The notes under the pieces: model-generated | Seen by the model: the letters and a program-made list of their open reading frames with translations, nothing else | Database searches by the model: none | What the model was told of the DNA's origin: nothing | Program-made: the position numbers and the translations under genes | Shown here: in pieces, positions 49,360 through 54,030 of the stretch | Layout of the letters: each line of letters starts with the position of its first letter | Position numbering within the stretch: position 1 is the stretch's first letter | DNA from: an uncultured bacterium | Lineage (GTDB): Bacteria > CSSED10-310 > CAZUFC01 | Reading direction: 5' to 3' | Assembly (NCBI GenBank): GCA_964619725.1 | Contig: CAZUFC010000054.1 | Location: 1 to 54,030 of the forward strand | DNA: 54,030 nucleotides

Positions 49360-50565
49360 CTACCCGGTTCTGTAAATCCGGTCGCATATCATAACGACTT
49401 CCTTCATTTCACCGGCGTCATGAACTCTTAATATGTCCACGCCCTTCTGCACGGCTGCAGCCGACGCGCCGGCCGTGCCGAAAACAGATTCAGATGGTTG
49501 TCGCTTCAACGTTTTCCATATGAACGATTTCCTGGATATTCCCAGCAACAGGGGAAATCCCATACTCCGGAACGTTTCTAATCTCCTCATGATTCGAAAA
49601 TTCTGCGCAGGATTTTTGGCAAAACCTATTCCCGGATCAATGATGATCTTATCAGCAGCGATCCCGTAATCCAGCGCCTTGGATATCGATTTGCCCATCT
49701 CATGCTGTATCTCGTTGAAAAGCGATTCATATCGGGATTTCCGCTTCATGTTCGCGGGAACTCCACGCATATGCATAAGTATGACGGCAGCGCCGCTTTT
49801 TACGATGCATTCAGCCTTCTCTTCCGACGCATGACCAAGCCCGCTTATATCATTAATTATTTGAACGCCTTCATCCAAAACAACCCTCATGGTCTCCGCA
49901 TGATAAGTATCGACGGAAATCGGAACGCTTAGTTTTCTAACCAAAATCCGAACGACCGGAAGAATCCTTCCTAATTCTTCCCCCGGCGTCTTAGGTTCAG
50001 CCCCCGGACGACTGGACTCTCCTCCGATATCGATAATATCCGCGCCCTTATCCTCCATCAACATCGCTCTCTCCACTGCTTTCAGCGGGTCAGAGTATTT
50101 TCCTCCATCATAAAATGAATCAGGCGTTACGTTTATTATGCCCATCAAAAGCGTTCGCTTTCCCAACTCCAGACTGCCGCCCGGGTAAGTCACGGAAAAG
50201 AAGCATTTCTTCCGGTTCTCCCAACCCGACGACATTCGTTCTCCCATAACCCGCAACCGAGGTTCCTCTTCCATTCCGCGCGCTAGTCTCTTGATGGTCG
50301 ACGAATTGCCCACGCCGCAGCAGAAAAGTCTCCCGGAAGCGCTTTTTCTTGTAAAACCTTTGATTTCGTTTGCCCATTCAGGTCGCTTGGATATTGCATC
50401 AAACGGAATATCCGGGGGAACCTCAAATTGGACGGCGGCCTGAGGAAAATCCAGCTCCTTTAAATCAAAAGGAGAAGCGTACCCTTCCTTTTCGAGAAAG
50501 TTCCCGGCATCTTTCTGTGAATTGAAACTAAAAAATGCGATGTCGAATGAATTATTCCTTTTCAA
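49360..50565 (-). CDS. folP: Dihydropteroate synthase with N-terminal extension of about 130 aa
   Basis: [36 protein letters not shown] and LRVHD. Confidence 0.95.
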   Translation of the reverse strand: MKRNNSFDIAFFSFNSQKDAGNFLEKEGYASPFDLKELDFPQAAVQFEVPPDIPFDAISKRPEWANEIKGFTRKSASGRLFCCGVGNSSTIKRLARGMEEEPRLRVMGERMSSGWENRKKCFFSVTYPGGSLELGKRTLLMGIINVTPDSFYDGGKYSDPLKAVERAMLMEDKGADIIDIGGESSRPGAEPKTPGEELGRILPVVRILVRKLSVPISVDTYHAETMRVVLDEGVQIINDISGLGHASEEKAECIVKSGAAVILMHMRGVPANMKRKSRYESLFNEIQHEMGKSISKALDYGIAADKIIIDPGIGFAKNPAQNFRIMRRLETFRSMGFPLLLGISRKSFIWKTLKRQPSESVFGTAGASAAAVQKGVDILRVHDAGEMKEVVMICDRIYRTG

Positions 50566-52376
50566 TTAGCGGAACTCTTCTCCAATCCGTCTAACATACG
50601 GCTTAAATCAGAATGATCAAGCGATTCTTTTTCCAGCAGGGCATTTGCGAGTATTTGCAATTGGTCAATGTGGGTCTGCAATAATTTTTCTACTCGTTTA
50701 AAACACTCCATCACGATTCTGTGAATTTCCTCGTCGATCGTCTGCGCGGTCTTTTCACTGTATTCATTTCGATGAGCGAGTTCGCGACCCAGAAAGACTT
50801 GATCGTCTTCACTGCCGTAAGTCAGGGGACCCAGTTTGTCGCTCATCCCCCAATTACAAACCATGTGTCGAGCGATTTTAGTTGCCCTTTTCAAATCATC
50901 GCCGGCACCTGTCGAAATTTGATTAAAAATAAGGAGTTCCGCAACGCGTCCCCCTAATTTAACGCAAATCTCGCCTATTATACTCTCTTTTTGATAAATG
51001 TATTTATCGTCCAGCGGCAACAGTTGAGTCACACCTAACGCCCTGCCCCTCGGAATGATCGTGACTTTATGAATCGGATCGGCCTCCGGCAGCAACCAGG
51101 CAACGAGCGCATGACCGGCTTCATGGTAGGCTATCCTCTTTTTATCTTCTTCACTCAGAACCATGCTCCTGTGCTCCATTCCCATCAACACCTTGTCTTT
51201 CGCCTGTTCCATATGCGACATGGCCACGGCGTCGCCATCATCGCGGGCGGCGATCAATGCCGCTTCATTGACGAGATTCTCCAGGTCCGCTCCGGAAAAT
51301 CCGGGCGTTCCTCTTGCCAATATGGACAAATCGACATCCTCAGATATGGGAATGTTCCTGGTGTGAACCTTTAAAATGCCCACGCGGCCTCTTACATCGG
51401 GACGATTGACCACGACCTGCCTGTCAAAACGGCCCGGACGAAGCAGCGCCGGGTCAAGAATGTCGGGTCGATTCGTCGCCGCTATTAAAATCACTCCCTC
51501 ATTCGACTCGAATCCGTCCATCTCCACTAAAAGCTGATTCAGCGTCTGCTCACGCTCATCATGGCCTCCGCCTAACCCGGCTCCCCGCTGCCTCCCCACT
51601 GCATCGATTTCATCCATGAAAATAAGACAGGGAGCATTCTTCTTGCCCTGCTCGAACAAATCTCTGACTCTTGATGCCCCCACGCCTACAAACATTTCTA
51701 CAAAATCAGAACCGGATATTGAAAAAAACGGCACTGCAGCTTCCCCGGCTATCGCTCGCGCCAAAAGAGTCTTTCCCGTTCCCGGAGGACCCGTCAACAA
51801 CACGCCTTTGGGAATTTTTCCTCCCAATTTCTGGAACTTCATCGTATCCTTCAAAAATTCAACGATCTCCTGCAACTCCTCCTTCGCCTCCTCTATCCCC
51901 GCTACATCCGCAAAAGTTACTCTTTTTTGAGAATGACTCGATAATCTGGCGCGGCTTTTTCCGAAAGCTAACGCGCTCTTTCCGCCTCCCTGCATCTGGC
52001 GAAGAAAAAATATCCATATCCCTATGAAAAGCAAAAGCGGAAACCAGGAGACCAGAGTCGTCAGCCATATGTTGTCGTTAACCTCCTCCGCTTTTATCTT
52101 GACATCGTTTTCACGCAGTATCCCGACCATTTCATCGTCGTCCGGAGCATACGTTTTAAAATACTGCAACTCCCCTTCGTCCGTGATGTACTGCCCTTTT
52201 ATTTTCTGCCCCTTTATCGTTACTTCCTTGACGTCGCCCCGCTGCGCTTTTTTGATGAAATTACTGTAATTAATCTCCACATAATCCTTGTGTTCCACGA
52301 CAAAGGTCTGGATTACCAAAATCGACACGGCAACAATCACCAGCCATATCGCTATGTGCTTGAACTTAGGATTCAA
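50562..52376 (-). CDS. ftsH: ATP-dependent zinc metalloprotease FtsH
   Basis: Two TM helices, [28 protein letters not shown] and HEAGH. Confidence 0.98.
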   Translation of the reverse strand: MNPKFKHIAIWLVIVAVSILVIQTFVVEHKDYVEINYSNFIKKAQRGDVKEVTIKGQKIKGQYITDEGELQYFKTYAPDDDEMVGILRENDVKIKAEEVNDNIWLTTLVSWFPLLLFIGIWIFFLRQMQGGGKSALAFGKSRARLSSHSQKRVTFADVAGIEEAKEELQEIVEFLKDTMKFQKLGGKIPKGVLLTGPPGTGKTLLARAIAGEAAVPFFSISGSDFVEMFVGVGASRVRDLFEQGKKNAPCLIFMDEIDAVGRQRGAGLGGGHDEREQTLNQLLVEMDGFESNEGVILIAATNRPDILDPALLRPGRFDRQVVVNRPDVRGRVGILKVHTRNIPISEDVDLSILARGTPGFSGADLENLVNEAALIAARDDGDAVAMSHMEQAKDKVLMGMEHRSMVLSEEDKKRIAYHEAGHALVAWLLPEADPIHKVTIIPRGRALGVTQLLPLDDKYIYQKESIIGEICVKLGGRVAELLIFNQISTGAGDDLKRATKIARHMVCNWGMSDKLGPLTYGSEDDQVFLGRELAHRNEYSEKTAQTIDEEIHRIVMECFKRVEKLLQTHIDQLQILANALLEKESLDHSDLSRMLDGLEKSSAN

Positions 52377-52499
52377 CGCTGACTCTCCTTCTCCTCTCCT
52401 GCATCGAATTCTTCAACGCATTAAACCTCCTCACATTTTTTACCATAAGTTCGCTCTTTTAACAATATCAATATATAATGAAATCATCCGTTTTTATCA

Positions 52500-53921
52500 T
52501 TATCCTCGGTCACCCTGCTCGCGGTTCATCGGAAATTGAATCAATATGGTTATCTTAACAGGCCGGTCGCTCTGCTTCGTAACCGACTCGGACAATCCCC
52601 CACCTGCAACCCATAATATCTCACCCCCGCATTCCAATACCGGCGCCCGGCTCCTTTCCTCCTGATTCATACCCATCTCACGAAACAAATCTTTCAATTT
52701 CTTCCTTTTTCCTTTCATGCCTGTCCGCCGAAAACGATCACCCGGTCTCCTGTTCCTTATTAAATAAGGAGGCTCAAACAGGTTTCCGTCAAAAGTAAAA
52801 ACAAAATCTGCAGCGTCCCGCTCTTCTTTATTCACCGGCATCCCAGTCGCCCTGAACGTAAAACCGATCTCTTCAATCCTCCTGCTTTGCTCTAATTCAA
52901 GGAAATATTCGTAACGAATCGAAGCGCTTTCATCCCTCTTCCCCTGACTATGAATCAAAACTACTTCATCTCTCTTTTCAATCCTTAATCCTTCCGGCAG
53001 ATGAATTTCTCCTCTTTTCTTCCTGGATGAAATCAGCTTCTCGACCAATCCCGCATGCCTTAACGTCCATCTCACTTCCTCATTCCCCGAATGCTTCTTC
53101 AGCAGTTTAAACATCAATCGCTTCTTTAATCCCTCCGGAACCGACCGAATTCCGCATAGATCATAAGCATTTTCCTCCCGTTCGCTCCTTGTCCGCTGCA
53201 ATATTTCCTCCGTCTTCCGGTCAAGATACTTATCTTCCTTCCGCATTAAATTCACAATCCGCTGAACAGTCCTCCCTAAATTGGGATTAATTTCCTTCAG
53301 ACAGGGAACCGCCTTGCTGCGAATCCGGTTTCGGGGATATTGCAGCTCCCGGTTAGTCGAATCGATACGGTATGGTATGTTGCGACTTTCCAGATATTCC
53401 CTTATCTCCCTGCCTGAAACTTCCAATAACGGACGAATGAATAGTCCCCTCCTCGCCGGTATCCCCGACAGGCCTGCCCTCCCGGCTCCCTGCACAAGTC
53501 TTAACAATACTGTCTCAATCTGATCGTCAGACGTATGACCGGTCGCAATCCTGTCAGCCCCCATCCTTTCAGCGCTTTTTTTCAAAAAAGCATACCTCTT
53601 CCTTCGAAGAAAATCCTCAGGTCCCCGTTTCAATCTCTCCGGAAACTCCTCAACCGGCAATTCCTCGCATATCACAGGCGTTCCCATCTTCTGAAAATAT
53701 TCAACAACGAATTCCATATCCTTCCGGGACTCATTTCCCCTCACGTTATGATTGTAATGGGCTATAGAAAAATCCAGGTCGAACACGGTCTTTATATTCA
53801 TAAAAACGCCCGCCAGAGCCATGGAATCCGGTCCCCCGGATACGGCTATCAGAACCCTGTCGCCCCTGCTTAAAAGGTCAAATTTATTTATTGTACTGAG
53901 GATTTTTTTTTCGAATGTCAC
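52500..53921 (-). CDS. tilS: tRNA(Ile)-lysidine synthetase
   Basis: AVSGGPDS, HYNH, TGHTSDDQIET, IRPLL, DSTN..RNRIR and C-terminal domains. Confidence 0.96.
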   Translation of the reverse strand: MTFEKKILSTINKFDLLSRGDRVLIAVSGGPDSMALAGVFMNIKTVFDLDFSIAHYNHNVRGNESRKDMEFVVEYFQKMGTPVICEELPVEEFPERLKRGPEDFLRRKRYAFLKKSAERMGADRIATGHTSDDQIETVLLRLVQGAGRAGLSGIPARRGLFIRPLLEVSGREIREYLESRNIPYRIDSTNRELQYPRNRIRSKAVPCLKEINPNLGRTVQRIVNLMRKEDKYLDRKTEEILQRTRSEREENAYDLCGIRSVPEGLKKRLMFKLLKKHSGNEEVRWTLRHAGLVEKLISSRKKRGEIHLPEGLRIEKRDEVVLIHSQGKRDESASIRYEYFLELEQSRRIEEIGFTFRATGMPVNKEERDAADFVFTFDGNLFEPPYLIRNRRPGDRFRRTGMKGKRKKLKDLFREMGMNQEERSRAPVLECGGEILWVAGGGLSESVTKQSDRPVKITILIQFPMNREQGDRG

Positions 53922-53973
53922 GGACCGAAAAGTCGGAAAAAGATGCGATATTGAAAAAAGAAATAATAAAAAA

Positions 53974-54030
53974 TGGCGGTGCAGGGATTTGAACCCCGGA
54001 CACGCGGATTATGATTCCGCTGCTCTAACC
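53974..54030 (-). tRNA. tRNA with CAT anticodon, probably elongator tRNA-Met (5' end outside the window)
   Basis: Reverse complement ggttagagcagcggaatCATaatccgcgtgtccggggttcaaatccctgcaccgcca. Confidence 0.9.

Noticed and set aside
53974-54030. tRNA-Ile2(CAU), the TilS substrate, next to tilS
   Set aside because: The 3' acceptor strand CACCGCC implies G4/G5 rather than the C4-G69/C5-G68 pairs typical of Ile2, so elongator Met is more likely. The 5' end is outside the window, so this is not final.

Overview
A 54 kb bacterial chromosomal window from a diderm organism (TolC/RND pump, TonB-dependent receptor, outer-membrane barrel, Tat). It may be an uncultured candidate-phylum anaerobe, which is inference only. 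The right third is housekeeping: partial tRNA-Met, tilS, ftsH, folP, cdaA, cdaR, pdxJ, a NUDIX gene, a TPR/TonB-receptor/OMP cassette, a TrkH/KtrB transporter and galT. The middle carries an FHA protein, an asparagine-synthetase-like plus B12-radical-SAM pair, an unannotated 50-aa basic ORF, hutI, an orphan dehydratase activase, tatAC, tRNA-Leu, an ankyrin-TM-DUF1460 protein, an orphan PilB, an RND operon and plsB/gpsA. The best candidate for an undescribed system is a translationally coupled pair of about 350-aa proteasome-beta-like (Ntn) paralogues at 2437-4583. One retains Thr1/Asp/Lys/GSG, the other looks degenerate, and no HslU or Pup genes are in the window. Also notable are a SucC-like gene plus a SucD::citrate-synthase-like fusion (ATP-citrate-lyase-like architecture), a 65-69 bp tandem array inside a decayed secreted-protein gene, a 185-bp MITE-like element present twice at stop codons, and a second dispersed repeat of about 110 bp. 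All family assignments come from motif reading by eye; no database search was run.
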